From: Camelus ferus
Lineage: Eukaryota
DNA length: 64,000 nt
Direction: 5' to 3'
NCBI RefSeq assembly: GCF_009834535.1
Contig: NC_045696.1
Span: 31,560,001-31,624,000 of the forward strand
In this document: positions 48,852-62,655 of the stretch, one piece after another
Layout of the letters: every line of letters starts with the position of its first letter
Numbering within the stretch: position 1 is the stretch's first letter
The notes under the pieces: generated by a model
The model's database searches: none
The model's input: the letters and a program-made list of their open reading frames with translations, nothing else
What the model was told of the DNA's origin: nothing
Made by a program: the position numbers and the translations under genes

Positions 48852-49639
48852 ACGTGTGTAGATGAAAGCTATTTGTTTTATTTTACTTTAAAAGTATTCA
48901 ATATGCCTTCTAGTGTGTGATATAGAATTGAGGATTCAAAATCCCTTGGAACAATTTTAAAATTGAATGCAAAATTAAAACTTTAGGATAAAGTTCTTCT
49001 AGATGAAATGATAAAACCAGTACAAAATAAACCACCAACTGTAAAGCTGTAAATTCACTTAGTGAATATAGATAATATGTTACAGGTCAAGGTCATATCT
49101 CCAGGATTTTAATTTGTCAGTAGTCAGACATGAGTGAGAGAACTATCACATTCTTTACTTTCAGGGAACTGATTTGATGATTTGCCTTGTTCTTCATTTG
49201 TCACATGCACTATGATATTGGTTTATTTGTTTTCTTATAGAAGGAGGTGTATATGAACACTTAATGGTATAGAAATCAGATTTACTGGATCTTCTGTATC
49301 TGTCAATCAAAAAGAAATTGAAAAAATACTTTATTAGGAATAAAATTTACTTATATATTAAATTGATTGGAAAGACAGATATAAATGTAATAAAAATTTC
49401 CAGGAGACTTATAGTTATAGACTCTGGGGAATTTTTTTCCAAAAGAATGTGATACAAATTCATAGCTTATAGAAAAAATTGACATCATATTTTGAGTAAT
49501 GGCAGATCACTGAAATATCACTGTTGGATACATTTGTTGAAAATTTAGTAGTTGGTTATTTATCTCCTCTAAATGATAAATTTTGATTAATGTTCCAAAA
49601 ATGATCAAAGTAGTTAATAATAAAAGTACTAAATTATTT

Positions 49640-49850
49640 TGTTTCCATTATAATTATATTATAATATAATTATATATTATAATTTTATGAAACTATTATA
49701 TTATTATATTATGAAACCATTATAATTATTATAGTATAATATATTATTATATTATTTTATTTTATTATATATATTATGAAATTATATTTCTTTTAAATAT
49801 ATTATTATATACATTATGAAACTATTATAATACTATGAAACTACCATGCC
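49640..49850. repeat. AT-rich low-complexity tract with degenerate TTATGAAACTATTATA units
   Basis: Five TATGAAA-cored units within (TAT)n-like sequence. Confidence 0.8.
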
Positions 49851-50619
49851 ATAATATCAGATACATAAAAAGTAACTTTGATGTTTAACTGTAAAGTTAA
49901 ATTTATAAATGTAATTCTTCTGATTAAATTTATATTGAAATTTCAATGAGGATTTTATATTTTTAGAGTAATATATTTCCTAGAATATATAAAGGGTTGA
50001 AATTGAAATGTTTATAGTAGAATAATTTATAGTTCATTAAATTACTTAAAAAAAGCATCATAAAATTTTCCCTATGGACTTCTTTGTTCCGTTATCCACT
50101 CTTTTTCTTGGGTTGGGGAGTAGTAAGTTCAAAAAGCTTAAATAACCTTTTTAAAGGGATCTATTGCTTCCTTTTCTCAGTTCTTTGGTTCAGTTGGTGC
50201 CTATTAAACATTTATTTTAAGAAATTCTTACTGTTGTTACCTTGCAATTATAATATTTCATATTTTTTAATTCAGTGGAAAATCATTTAATGAAGGTTGG
50301 ATATCAAATACCACATGATCCAAAAGCAAATCATGCTGTAATGCCTCAAATGCTAAAATGTCCCAGATATATTTTAAGTGATGGATTAATATATTCAGAT
50401 CTTGCTTAGGTAATGGAACTTTATAAATTTGTGTTCATGATAAGACACAAAAAAATTGAAAAACTCTTTGATGTGTCACTTTTACAGATAAGAAATTTCT
50501 CATCAGGAGAACACTGCTATAAAATTAATAAGTAAAAGAAAAAATTTTTTAATTTTAACATCGTTTTACTAACTTAAAGGGGCATATAAAAAGAGTGACA
50601 TTCTGGGAGGTAAATAAAG

Positions 50620-50825
50620 AAGCTAACATCTATTAATTGTATGCAATATCCCTGGAACTGGTCTAAGGATATTTAGATATATATTTTTTCTTTTAATTCT
50701 CACATTGATTGCCTTAAATTGGTATGAACATCATATCCAGGTTACAGGTAACAGTGAGTTCAAGAAACTTTTCAGAGGTTGCCCATCTAATAGATAGTAG
50801 AGCCATATTTGGATCCAGGTAACTT
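50620..50825 (-). mobile_element. MIR SINE, diverged
   Basis: AGCTAACATCTATT...TTTAATTCTCACA...TAGTAGAGCCATATTTGGATCCAGG. Confidence 0.55.
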
Positions 50826-51849
50826 CAGGAATTCATGCATATTGACAATACACAGCAGAAATAAAATTCTTAAACAGGGAACGGTTTGTGGAGGGAGACA
50901 AGGAGAAGTAAGCTCAGAAGTGAACATAACAGTTTTGTTAGACTTAAAAAATAACATGAGGCATGAATAAAAGAAAAAAGTGTATATCACAATTATTAAT
51001 ACTCTAAGAACTAGAATACAATTATCCATAAAACTATATATTTCTGAGTGATATAAATAAGTATAATAAATGTGACTTTATAAATATTAGGGACAGATTG
51101 GCTCCAATTTTATATAATTACCAATTTTAATTACAAAATAAAGAAAATGGTCCTTAAAACATAAATGACTCATCTGCTCCCTGAATATTATATATTTTAC
51201 TTAATCCTTGAAGCAGATGAGAAAACACATCTTACTAACAAGCAGAGGGAAGAAAATTTATCTGATGTCACACAGTATGCCCTTCTGACAATGGAGATTA
51301 TAAGAAAGGATTTACTTTTCTCTAGATTTGCCTTTAATGTAGATTCAGTCCTTTGTCCTTTTACTTCTTTATTATGCTTTGGGAAACTCAAGCTGCTTAC
51401 ATAATTTCAGTCTATAATATGAGAATTCTAAATCTCTTCTGTTGTTCTTTGCATTAGCACTAAATCTTTTATCTTTGTGTGACTATAAAATGTTGCTGAT
51501 TTCATCATTTCATTAAATTAAGAATTTATAGTAAATTTCAGAGAGTTATAATAAATTCCTAATTTCTCAGGTAGGAATTAAAGGCTTTCTAAATAGTCAA
51601 AATCAATCTGCGTTCCCTGAATTCCAGATAGTGATTGCTTCAAGTGGTCTTACAAAATATTATGCTGCTATTAAAATTATTTTAAAATCAATTGCTGATA
51701 CATACATACATATATTTTATATACAGACATATACAAACATTTGCATATAATAGAAAATATTACAGTTATGCTTTAGCTATTTTGTGATCTTTAGACATTT
51801 AAAGAATGAACTACTTGATGCTGATATCAAAAGACAGTATATATAGTAA

Positions 51850-52090
51850 ACAATTGTATAGTTACTGGGGGAATAAGGGTGGGATGGGATAAATTTGGGA
51901 GTTTGAGATTTGCAAATGTTAACCACTATATATAAAAAGATAAAAAACAAATTTCTTCTGTATAGAACAGGGAACTATATTCAATATCTTGTAATAACCT
52001 TTAATGAAAAAGAATGTGAAAATGAATATATGTATATTTATGCATGACTGGGACATTTTTCTGTACTGACTATATGTCAATAAAATAAAT
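51850..52090 (+). mobile_element. Camelid/cetartiodactyl-type L1 3' end, 5'-truncated
   Basis: GGGATAAATTTGGGAGTTTGAGATTTGCA...TGTATAGAACAGGGAACTATATTCAATATCTTGTAATAACC...CTGACTATATGTCAATAAAA. Confidence 0.85.
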
Positions 52091-52271
52091 AATATATAAC
52101 AATATATTTAAGTAATAATTCTAATCAATATTTATTAAAGATTTATTATAATTATCACTAGAATGGGATTTTAGCTTTCTCTAGTATATGGTAGGAATCC
52201 ATTAAATAGCTATTGGGAAAACAAATTAGAATATCAGTGAACGTTAAAATTATGTATTTTCTTGCATTCTT

Positions 52272-52282
52272 TTTTAAAATAT

Positions 52283-52322
<40 letters not shown>

Positions 52323-52473
52323 TTGAAGTATAGTCAGTTTATAATGTTGTGTCAGTTTCTGGTATACAGCATAATGTTTCAGTCATACATATATTCATTT
52401 TCATATTCTTTTCCATTCTAGGTTACTACAAGACATCAAATATAGTTCTCTGTGTTATACAGCAGAAACCTGC
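52272..52473 (-). mobile_element. Camelid-type L1 3' end with perfect 14-bp TSD and (TTTA)n tail
   Basis: ATTGAAGTATAGTCAGTTTATAATGTTGTGTCAGTTTCTGG. TSD TTTCTTGCATTCTT at 52258-52271 and 52474-52487. Confidence 0.9.
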
Positions 52474-53479
52474 TTTCTTGCATTCTTAAAAATATATATA
52501 TTATCATCTCATTACTTCAAAAACCAATTGTGAAATCATAAAAGATGGATTATTGTATATTAAAATAGAAAAAACAAGGATAATTAAACATAGTATTTCA
52601 CTCAAAACCAAGCTAGGCATTTCATTCTAGAGAACTTTTACATTTAGATGACATTTTAGATAAAATAATTTCTTACATGGGGCTATTAAAAACTATTTCT
52701 CTATGAATCACACTCAGATGAAATTTTATTTACTACCACTGATAAAGTGAATTACATTTAGTAACATTACAATATATATAGTGTATTTTACCTGTTCCAA
52801 AATTTTATTTTTGTATATTTGCTATAACTGAAGTTTCAGGTTCAGTTTCAAGTCTCAAAAACTAGGGCAAGGAATAGCCAGTCTTTTAAAGGAATCTCTA
52901 TGGCATAATCTTTCTCAACTGCATGCTTTTATTCTGGTATCAGGGACACAACTGAATCAGCACATGCTGACAACTGTGCTTATGCAGGTCTCACAGATAC
53001 TGTCCAGAACTAGACTGAGAGAGTACTTCTGACATAAGACATGTAGGCTTTTCCTTTAACTAGTTTTCTCCATGTTTGTCCATTTTGCTTTCTTGTTTGA
53101 TCATTAGTCTTTGTTCAAGGATGCTATATAATCAATGAAGGCAGAAGAGCCAGGAGCTAGTTAGTCAAGAAAAATACTGTATCACACAGTGCAAGCACAA
53201 ATCAACACTTCAAATAGCTTCTCTGAAAACCGCTCACTGGAAAAATAATTATCATGAGTGCTAGAACTAGACTTTGCACACAGTAAGTACTTGTGTGTAC
53301 ACTGTGAAGGTGGACTCACCATGAGATGTCCAAATAAATGAAATTTCTTTCTGTGACTTGAACTAAACATTAAAAAATAATTTATCAGTATATAATGGCT
53401 CTGTGGCTAAAGAAAGTTTATGTCATTTAAAATCATTTCACATGTAAAGATCTATGAATAAAAAATAAGCATGTGGGAA

Positions 53480-55560
53480 AATGTTATGTCTTTCCTCAAA
53501 ATACCCACTATTCTGACTTGTAATACGTAGATAGCTTTGCTGTTTTTGAATTTTGTACGAACAGAAATATTAATTCCTAATCTTTTGTGTTTGGCTACTT
53601 CTGTGCAACATTTCATATGTGAGATTCAGTCTTACACATAGCAGTGGTTCATTTATAATTTGACCCATCATCCTATTGCTATTGTAAATTTACACTGTTT
53701 CCAGTTCGGAAATATAACAAATAATGGCACTTTTAAAAGTTGTGTACATAGGCTTAGTATATTTTTGTCCATGTTTCTGTTTGGTTCACACCTGGAAGTA
53801 AAACCCTGGTTCATGGGATGTCTACACTTTAACTTTTGGTAAACACTGTAAAATAGTTTCCCAATGTATTCGCAACAGTTTATACTGCCTTGGGTAGTTA
53901 AGGGAATTCTAGTATTTCATCTCCTCACCATCACTCAGCATTGTTTAATTGTCACAATTTTATCATTTTTCATGGGTATAAAGTCATATTGTTTAGGATA
54001 TATTTTACATTTCTCTTATACTAATAAATGTGTTTCATATGTTTATTGGTCATTGTATGTCCTCGGTTTTGAAGTTGCTGCACAAATATTTTGCCCATTT
54101 AAAAATTTAATTTTGTATCTTTTCCTTGCTGCTTTTTATGTAACTTACTGAGAATGTGTATACAAACGTTCCACTATTGTAGTGGATTTGTCTCATTTTC
54201 CTTTTAATTCTGTTGTTTTTGTTCTTTATATATTTTGAGTTTAAGTTATTAGGAGTTTAGAAATTTAGGACTGCTGTATCTTCCTGGTAGAATTACCAGT
54301 TTATTGTCAGAAAATGTTCCCTCTTTTCAACAATATCCATTTTTAATATTTAAATCTACTTTATCTATTATCAATATAGTGTATAATCTTATATAATCTC
54401 TTTACTGGTTAGCATTTTGTAGTACAAGTTTTTCCATCCCTTTATGTGTGTTTTATTGTTGCTGTTGTTTTCTTTTGTTTCTATCCATTCTGCTAGTTCT
54501 TGACTTAGTTGTAGTTCACACTTTTTTGACATTAAGATAGCTTTTATTTTGATGTTATTATCTTTATCAGATGTGTTAAACATATATCATTGATCATTTA
54601 AAAAATAATTTGATAACACATTGTAATGTGATATATTTCCTTTAATAGTCTATATTTTGATTTATGTTTTTAAAAACATTGTTGTCAGAAGTCAAACACT
54701 TCATCAGACTGCTTTAAAAAGAAAAAAAAAAAAAAAAAAAAAAGGTCCTACAAGCAGCCCCAGATGCTCAGATTATATTAGCTGAATATCCTTACCCTAA
54801 CCATAGGCCCATAATTCTTCACTACTTTGTTACTGCTCTGCTGCCTCCAATCATATAGTTCCTATTATTTTCAAGCCTTAATATTTGTTCTCAGTGGAGG
54901 GATTGATCTGACTGACTTGCCCTACATTACCAGAAGCTAAAACACTCCTTGTATTTTCACATTGAATCCTGTTCAAACAAGCTAAGTCATTGCTTTTTGA
55001 ACCTCACTCATCTTCCTAAATTCTCTTACCATTTTCAAAAAATTTCAGGTAATTTTTTAGAGATAGAATTGTATGATATTTAAACAATATTTCCCTCCCA
55101 TTCTCTTTATAATATTTCATACTTTTTCTTTTATGTAATTGCTTTGGCTAATATTTTTTCAAACAATATCTAAAACATTGACTGAAAAATATTGTTCCTG
55201 ACAATAATGTCAATGCTCCTTACATCAATTACTATGATTCTGAGTTTTGTCTTAATATTAATAAAATATCCATCTATTCTTATTACCGTTTCATCATTTA
55301 TAATCAGAAGTGGATATAGAAATACATCACACATTGTTAACATCTATGTTCTATTTGGTTATTCATTTGGTTAGTATATAACTAGTTTTCCTAATATTTC
55401 ACTACCTTTGAATTTCTGCACTGAACTATTTTGGTCATGTTTTATCATTCTTAAAATATGATGATGGATTCTTGTTAGTATTTTATTCAGTTTTTCTGCC
55501 TCTAATTATGAGTGAGGTCATCTGTTAGTTTTTTTTAAATCTTAGTTTGATTATCTAAAT
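53480..55560 (-). mobile_element. Mosaic of old L1ME fragments, with a possible MER117-like hAT piece at about 54610-54750
   Basis: L1ME 3'-end-like CCCACTATTCTGACTT...TGTTTTTGAATTTT. Endonuclease-region-like CCACTATTGTAGTGGATTTGTC at about 54171. 5'-end-like TTGTTCTCAGTGGAGGG...CATTACCAGAAGC at about 54885-54937. ORF2-like sequence continues to about 55560. Confidence 0.6.
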
Positions 55561-58483
55561 GGTTATTTTTATCAGTAAAAACACAAACACACTTTTATCT
55601 TCCATGTTTTTAAAATGTTGATCGTATATTCAAATGTTTGCTTAAACAAAAATAAATTGGCCCTGAAAGAGAAAATTTTAAGAATAAAAAACAGCACATT
55701 TTAGGAATATTTCTACCCAAATAAGCCAGAGTAAATCAAACCTGTGAAAACAATTCAAACCGACTACTGAAATTTAAATGCTAATTCTCTACTTGCTTGT
55801 GAGATCACCTACACAAATCAACTGAAGACCAAGATTTTTTAATGTATTTTATGTATCTTTATGTATTTGCATACATAAAGGATTTCAAATACCTTGGAAG
55901 AAAATAATAATAAAATAACATTTTTTTCTTATACTAGAAGATAACAGTACCCAGGCATCATTATAGGCATGTATAAGCTTTTTATTATTATTTTACAATT
56001 TTCTTCCAATTATTGGTTTGAAATCACAGTGATGCAAAATGTAGTTTTACTGAAGTATAAGTTTAGGACTAGGAATCCTAAACATTAATTTCAGGTTTGC
56101 AATTTAAAAAGCAGAGAAACTTGAGAAAACTTTCATCAGCAAACATTTTAGCCATTGACATATAAAATATATCCATAATTGTTACACTGATACTATTTTA
56201 TGATATTCATATTATAGTAAAATAATTACAATAGTTTGCATAAACCATTGCTCACCATTTTTACACTTACTTATATATAAGAAAGAAGGATATGGGTTAT
56301 AAGCAAACTCAGTTAGCCATTTAATTTTCCATTGCATTTGCTAGAGACTCAACCAGAGGTTATGAGAGTCAGAAAGTTAAAAAAAAAAAAAGTCCCTTTT
56401 CTCCTTATATCTTACAGTAAATCTTTTGTGCAGACAAAAATAATGACAACCCAAATTCAGTTAACTAAGCAGAACAAGACAGTCACAAATGCAATTCAAT
56501 TCACATATGTAAGAGAAGTCTAGAGACATCTACCTCACCATAGATAATGTATAATCACTCTAAGCTATATTCCTGCATTGTCTCAAAGAAAGTAAAACTC
56601 CCTTAGAGAGTTTTGTTGTGAGTCTCAAGATGTAGTTACCATTTGTCCAACGAAGCAGAATATAAAGCTCTCAGATATAGATTTCTTAGTTTTCTTTATG
56701 AATTTGATATTTCCCTTAGTTCCAAAACCTTCCTATCATAAAAAAGAGGCATCTGAGATTTTACCTGTAGTCTATCATTAGCCTAGGTTAGAATTCTACG
56801 CAAAATAAGAACAAGTACTCAGAATAATTTAAGGTAAAATCTACTGCACACAAATTGAAGTTTCATTATGTGCGTGCATTATCTAAAATATCTAGAGGTG
56901 AAACAAACTCTCCTCTTGACTCTTTCCTGGTACATTTGACTACTTAGTTCTTGGTTTAACCTATCACATAGAATCTTGCTTAACAGCACAATTTTCTGTA
57001 AGTGTCCTTGATGGCCGTACTGAGCCATAGTTAAAATTTCAATTTTCTATTTTAAAAAACAGCAGACATTTTCACTTATTTTAAATTATTCTGCTTATCT
57101 CTTGTAGATTTTTTGCATATCATATAGTTTATGTGAGTGTGTTTCTTGCCACCCTTTTCTCTAAGTTTTATAGAGTGTACCCAGAATTGCCTACAACCCT
57201 CCATATTTGACAGAGAACTCCATTAAGTGTGCTATTCAGTCACCTAAAATTGCCACAATTAAGCCTAGTTAACTAATTATTTGACATTTATATTCTTGCT
57301 CCTGGGTAGATTTCACCTAGATTTTGGGTGTTTTGACTGATTCTTCTGTAACTTTGCTAGAGAGAATACCTAATCCCATTACAAGCTATTAAGTACATTT
57401 TATGTTGTCAACAAATACATATCACTAAATATCACTGTTTATTTCATCACATTTTTCAACTGAGTAATAAATCAGAGAGTAATAGAGTCAAGGCAAGTCC
57501 AGTCAGCATAGCATAATTCAAACTGAAAATTTTTTCCCACACAATATATTACATTAGCACATTAAATATTTAACAAAAATAAATACTTCAACTTTCTTTG
57601 TAACTTTGTCTACTCATTTAAATTTTTTATTAGTCCTAAGAAAGAATGACAACAGTATGATTGAGTCGAGGTTAGTGAGAACTGGACTACATTGTATGAT
57701 TTTCTCAAATTATTTACTGGATTATTATGTATTAAAAATATCATATACTATGTAGCTCTTAGCTAAATGCCATTTGAATAAATGAATGAGTAAGTAAATA
57801 TATGAAGAATAAATGTAGCTTGCTTTGACATTCAAGCTTTCTGTTATTTAGCTAAACATATTATCATGAGCTCTAGACAATCTAAAAACTGCTTTAGAAG
57901 TCTGAATAAAGTACGAAAAGTGGATCCAAACTATATTCTTACCTACCAGATCTCATAATATACCATATCAAAAGCATTCATCTATATTTATGTGAATTAA
58001 TTTTTGTACAAATAACTCCGTTACCAACATAACAAAGTAAAACTCCTGAACAAAAAATAAAATAAACTTCACAATTTGGACCAGCAAACTATGTCATTTT
58101 TGACTTCTACATTCATTTACTTCTGTCATACATAAAAATAAAATACAAAATACTCACATATACACACTATTTTTTTCTAAAATCCAGATACTTCAGTTTT
58201 ATTGAGTATGCTGCCTAGATTTTGATGCTATTCCATTTGATCATACTATTCCCTCAGGATATATTTCCTTTCCTTTTATTTACCTCAGAGGAAAAAGCCC
58301 AGAAGCTCACAAAAATCATCTGAAACAATAGTTTATTTCCTCAGTAAGACAATGATTTCATTATTTTCTGTGTTGCCTGTATTTGATAGCATTTTTTTAT
58401 TTAAGACTTGATTTACAAATATGCATGCATGTGTGTGTGTGCACACACATAAGCACAGTCTCTCAAAATAGATCAGTCTAGGA

Positions 58484-58653
58484 CGGCAGATCTCATATCC
58501 ATTAAAATTACCCTGGGAATTCTTTAAGAATACTAATGCTCAGGTCTAAATCCCAGAGATTCTTATCTAATTTCAGGGGTGGGTCCAAGACACAAGCAGT
58601 TTCAAAAAATCAATCTGTATATTGCCAGTGTACAGCCAGGTTGTGCTCCAACG
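58484..58653. mobile_element. MER5A1/MER5B-like hAT MITE
   Basis: AATTACCCTGGGAATTCTTTAAGAATACTAATGCT...CCCAGAGATTCT...GGGGTGGG...TGTACAGCCAGGTTG. Confidence 0.65.
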
Positions 58654-58917
58654 CAACAGACATGTTTTTGTGAGAATTAAAGAACTTTAACGACTAGGAA
58701 AAGCTGCTTTCTTTTTATCTTTGAGGAGGCTTGCATAGAGTATTTATTAATTTATATATTAATGCAAATGTTGGAATTATCTAAAAGGTGAGTGCTTAAA
58801 GAGAATATGGTCTCTGATTTCTCTGACTCTCAAGATCAACACAGACTACACCAACACCTGTATCAGTAACAGAAATAGAAAAGTGATTTAAAAAAAGAAA
58901 AAGAAAACCTAAAACAG

Positions 58918-59935
58918 GGAGACTTCTGCTTCTAGCCAAGTAAAACAGAAAACTACTCTTTTGCCTAAAGCAAAAGATGTGAGTGCACAAATGTCAGAAC
59001 TTCTTGCCTGAAAAGGGTTTATATGGCCAAAGGAGAGGAAATCAAGACAGGAGTCCAGGGGTCTCTCTGAGTTGAGTACAGCTCACAGAACAGGGTATTG
59101 GAAAAGAAAGAGCTGCGCAGAGAGAAAGCATTGGCGTCTGCCAAAAGTCCTCAAGTCTTCAGCTGAGCACTGACCACTGTATGCATTATTAGGAAAGTAT
59201 CTGAACCTAGGGGAAAAATCACCCAATTGAAAAAGAGAGGACAATCACAAGAATTCACATGTAGCTGAGAACAGTTTCTCTTCCAGTCAAGCAAAATAGA
59301 AAAACTCGTAGTTGACTGGGAATCAGGTAGAATCAGCTAGAATGCTCAGAATAGTTTTCCCTCAGTAGTGGAGCAAAAGTAAACCCTAGACTAAAGGTTT
59401 TCTTCATGCTTTAACAAAGCTTAAAACAATACCCAACTCTCAAGCATTGATGATGGAAATGTAAAATGGTACAACTTTGGAGAAAAGCTTTGTTAGTTTT
59501 TTAAAAATGACCAAGTTATCCACAACTTGGTATTTATCCAAGAAATATTAGATTTTATATATTCATAAAAGAAACAAGAAAATTCATAGCAGTTTTATTT
59601 ATATTAACTAAAAACTGTAGACGATGTAATGTCTATCAAAAAGTTAATGAACAAATTATGGCATGTAATTATAATAAAGCACTACTCATCGATTAAAGAA
59701 AATAAAGTACTGACGTGTGGAACAACATTAAAGAATCCTAAAACAATTATGCTGTGTGAAGAAATCCAGAAAAAATGATTATATCATTTACGATTTGTCT
59801 TATATAAAATTCTAGAAAATTGAAACTTCTCTACAATGACAGAAACCAGATTAGTCTTCTGTGTACCTGGGGGAGGAGGAAAGGGACGAGAGAGGAGAGT
59901 TTCAAAGGAGCACCAGGAAACTTTTGCTGATGAAA
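58918..59935 (+). mobile_element. Old L1 (L1ME-like): 5'UTR directly joined to the 3' end
   Basis: GACTTCTGCTTCTAGCCAAG start; AGTCTTCAGCTGAGCACTGA and AAACCCTAGACTAAAGG 5'UTR blocks. From about 59432, GATGGAAATGTAAAATGGTACA...TATATAAAATTCTAGAAAAT...GGAAACTTTT 3'-end blocks. Confidence 0.7.
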
Positions 59936-61174
59936 AACCCCAGAAGAACTCTAACTCATCCTATGATGTCTCATGTGGGGAAAAAAAAGTCTTTTCTAGA
60001 TTAAAATATGGTCTGTCACTTCACTGGAAATCAGTCTTGTGCATCATTTTAGAATCACCTTTCACAAGCTTTTCTGACATTATATTATATGCATTCTGAA
60101 ATAGAAATATGTGTCATATATTAAGTAAAGTATTTTGTTTTTGTTTTTTTCTGAACCATTTCTTCTAAACAATCTATCTTGCCTGCTTCTTTTTATTCTC
60201 ATCTCTGCAAAAGGTAACATAACAATGTTTCTCAGGAAAAGTCATCGCTCTTCTGGAAAAATACAAAGGCAATCTTTTAAAACCTTAGACTTCTTTTTGA
60301 TCATTGTTCCTTATTTTATTTGAAAGTTTTGCATCACTAGTAGGTCAGGTTATCTTTCAATACCCAGTAGAGCTTTTATCCTACACAAAACCTCACCTTC
60401 AAATGATATGCCATTGGTTTTATTACCCATAATTGTTGCTACCTCTCAAAATAAAATTAAGAGGTTTAATAAATCTTTAATGATTGTATAAAATACAAGC
60501 AACCAGACTGCACTTAAGTTTTTCTTTGATTCTCTTGTGGATTAATTTGTATTTATATTATATTTCCTTTTATATTTATTTAAGATGGAAATTTCCTTCA
60601 AGAAAAAAAATCAACCAGAAAATAAATGTCTTCCCAATGAGTACTCAAACTGGCTCCCACATTTGTTAAGTAAATTAACAGGAAGTATAATGATTTTTAA
60701 TTATGACAGAGATCTTTTTTGAAATTAAAAAGTTATTTTTTACTATATTAATAAAAAATCAAAGGGACTATACAACATAAAAACAGACTCAATTGCAAAA
60801 TTTCTGTATTCCTTATATTTTAAATCATGATATCTATCCTAATACAAATAAAAATAATTTTCTTTAAATAATTTTAATCAACTTAAAAGGCCAAAGAGAT
60901 TCTAGGCCAGTAGCTACAGATGAACCATGACGGTAATTCTGGAAATGCCAGGAGAAATGCAAACTGAAATAAGGGGACTTAAAGCCAGAAGACCCAGTTC
61001 TGTGGAAAAAAAATACAGTTCTCTACCAACTCAGGTGTTCTCGCTACTATGTTATATAATTTATCCTTCTTCTAGAAATAAAAATTAGATAAATAAGGTA
61101 GCTAATAATTACATAATACTTTCTAAGTGATAAATGTTTTTATCTAGATTCTATTCCTTTTAAAAGAACACAGT

Positions 61175-61300
61175 ACATGATTATTGTCATTCCCTTATAG
61201 CTAATGAAAGTGAAATTCAGAAACATGAAATAAATAGCTCAACACCACAAATCTTGTAGGATTAACATCAGATCTCAAGCCTAGGCCTTATGTTCCAAAC
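61175..61300 (-). mobile_element. MIR fragment, diverged
   Basis: TTATTGTCATTCCCTTATAG..AATGAAAGTGAAATTCAGA...GATCTCAAGCCTAGG. Confidence 0.45.
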
Positions 61301-61929
61301 CACAAGAGGCAGGGGGGAGGGCAGACCTGGGGTAGCTGTGGAGCACAGAAGGGAAGCCAGAAGAGTGACTCCGGACTTGTTAGGCACAGCATTGGCACGC
61401 TGATTTTCATTAGTGTTGATCTGAGCCTAGATACATTCCTTCCAGTACTTGTTAAGGGACCTCATTTAATGCTTAAAGAGGGAGAGGGGAAAGAGCGAGA
61501 GTGATCTAATTGCAAACATTTCCTGATGTTTTACCAAGTAAAGAGAAATCAGCCACATGTCCACACATTTTTAGATTACAGGTTAGGATCATAAGTGAAA
61601 AAATAAAGACAAAATGGCTTTTAGAGGAAGCAATACTTATTGAAATGGTATACTCTTGTATATAATTAGCAGTTTTAAAATGCTTCTTTGAATTTGCCTT
61701 ACCATAGTTGGGAGGCAAATAATCTAGTTTATAATCTTACAGTTTTCACTTAAGTAGAAAGCCATGAGGTGTAAATTACTTAAAATTACAAAAAGTTTCA
61801 GTATCATTTTCTTTTGTTCAATGATGCTATGGAACTGAAGATAAGGTTATTGTTTCCTGCTCTGATTTTTGATCCAGTTTGTAAAGCTCTTGACAGTGAG
61901 GTCACAAGGCTAGAATGGATTTTTGACAT

Positions 61930-62410
61930 ACAGCATCATTACATCTTGGAAGGATACAGAAGTTGACCATTTGAAGACAAATTAACAGGCTATTTTGGTA
62001 TACTGTGAACTGGGTATAGAAATCAACAAAGGATGATGAGGCACACAGGCTCTAGCAATTGCAGAAAATCATTACTTCTGTCACATTGAAGGACCAGAGA
62101 GATGAAGGGGTGTTAAGTAGAGCTCAGTGAGAGCTGATGTATCAGAAGGAAGACTACTTGATAGAAGCCACAGTTGAAGACTGTTTTAGGCCCTGTAAAA
62201 CCTAAACTAGAAGTGAGTGAGTAAATAAACAGTCTGACTTTGTTCTTCTCCTACTATCTAATCTGCCATTTCTGCTCTTTGGCCAAATCTAACTCGAAGC
62301 CAGAAGGCAAGGGCACCCAATTGATGCAGTCCATAATAGTCCAATCTCCCAAGACATAGAAGAGGGCAGAGGAAGGCAAGAAGGTTAACTAGACATTTTT
62401 CAGTCCACCA
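61930..62410 (-). mobile_element. ERVL LTR (LTR41-like)
   Basis: CAACAAAGGATGATGAGGCACACAGGCTCTAGCAA and TTGGCCAAATCTAACTCGAAGCCAGAAGGCAAGGGCACCCAATTGATGCAGTCCATA. Confidence 0.75.
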
Positions 62411-62503
62411 TCATTATGTACTGTGATGCAAAATCATCCTGATAAGGCCAACTAGGAAAAGCAGTGGGATCATATAGTATTGATGCTCTTGTGTACAAAA
62501 GTA

Positions 62504-62655
62504 CAGTCATCCCTGATGACTGTGGGGGATTGGTTCCAGGACCCCTGCAGGTACCAAAATCTGCTGACGCTCAAGTCCCTTATATAAAATGGTGTAGCAC
62601 AGAAGGCCCTTTGTTATCTGTGAATGCAGAACTCACTGATATAGAGAGCCAACTC
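62504..62655 (+). mobile_element. Short Tigger-derived MITE (MER2/MER8-like)
   Basis: CAGTCATCCCT...GGGGGATTGGTTCCAGGACCCC...CTCAAGTCCCTTATATAAAATGG...GAGAGCCAACTC, with TA on both flanks (62502-62503, 62656-62657). Confidence 0.8.

Noticed and set aside
52880..53300. Possible very old MLT1-type LTR
   Set aside because: Only vague resemblance, with no termini I could define.
58419..58450. Alternating purine-pyrimidine palindrome TGTGTGTGCACACACA
   Set aside because: A common microsatellite by-product with no evidence of function.
61298..61320. CCACAAGAGGCAG as a CTCF site
   Set aside because: The core is one base short of the CCASYAGRKGGC consensus, so the match is weak.
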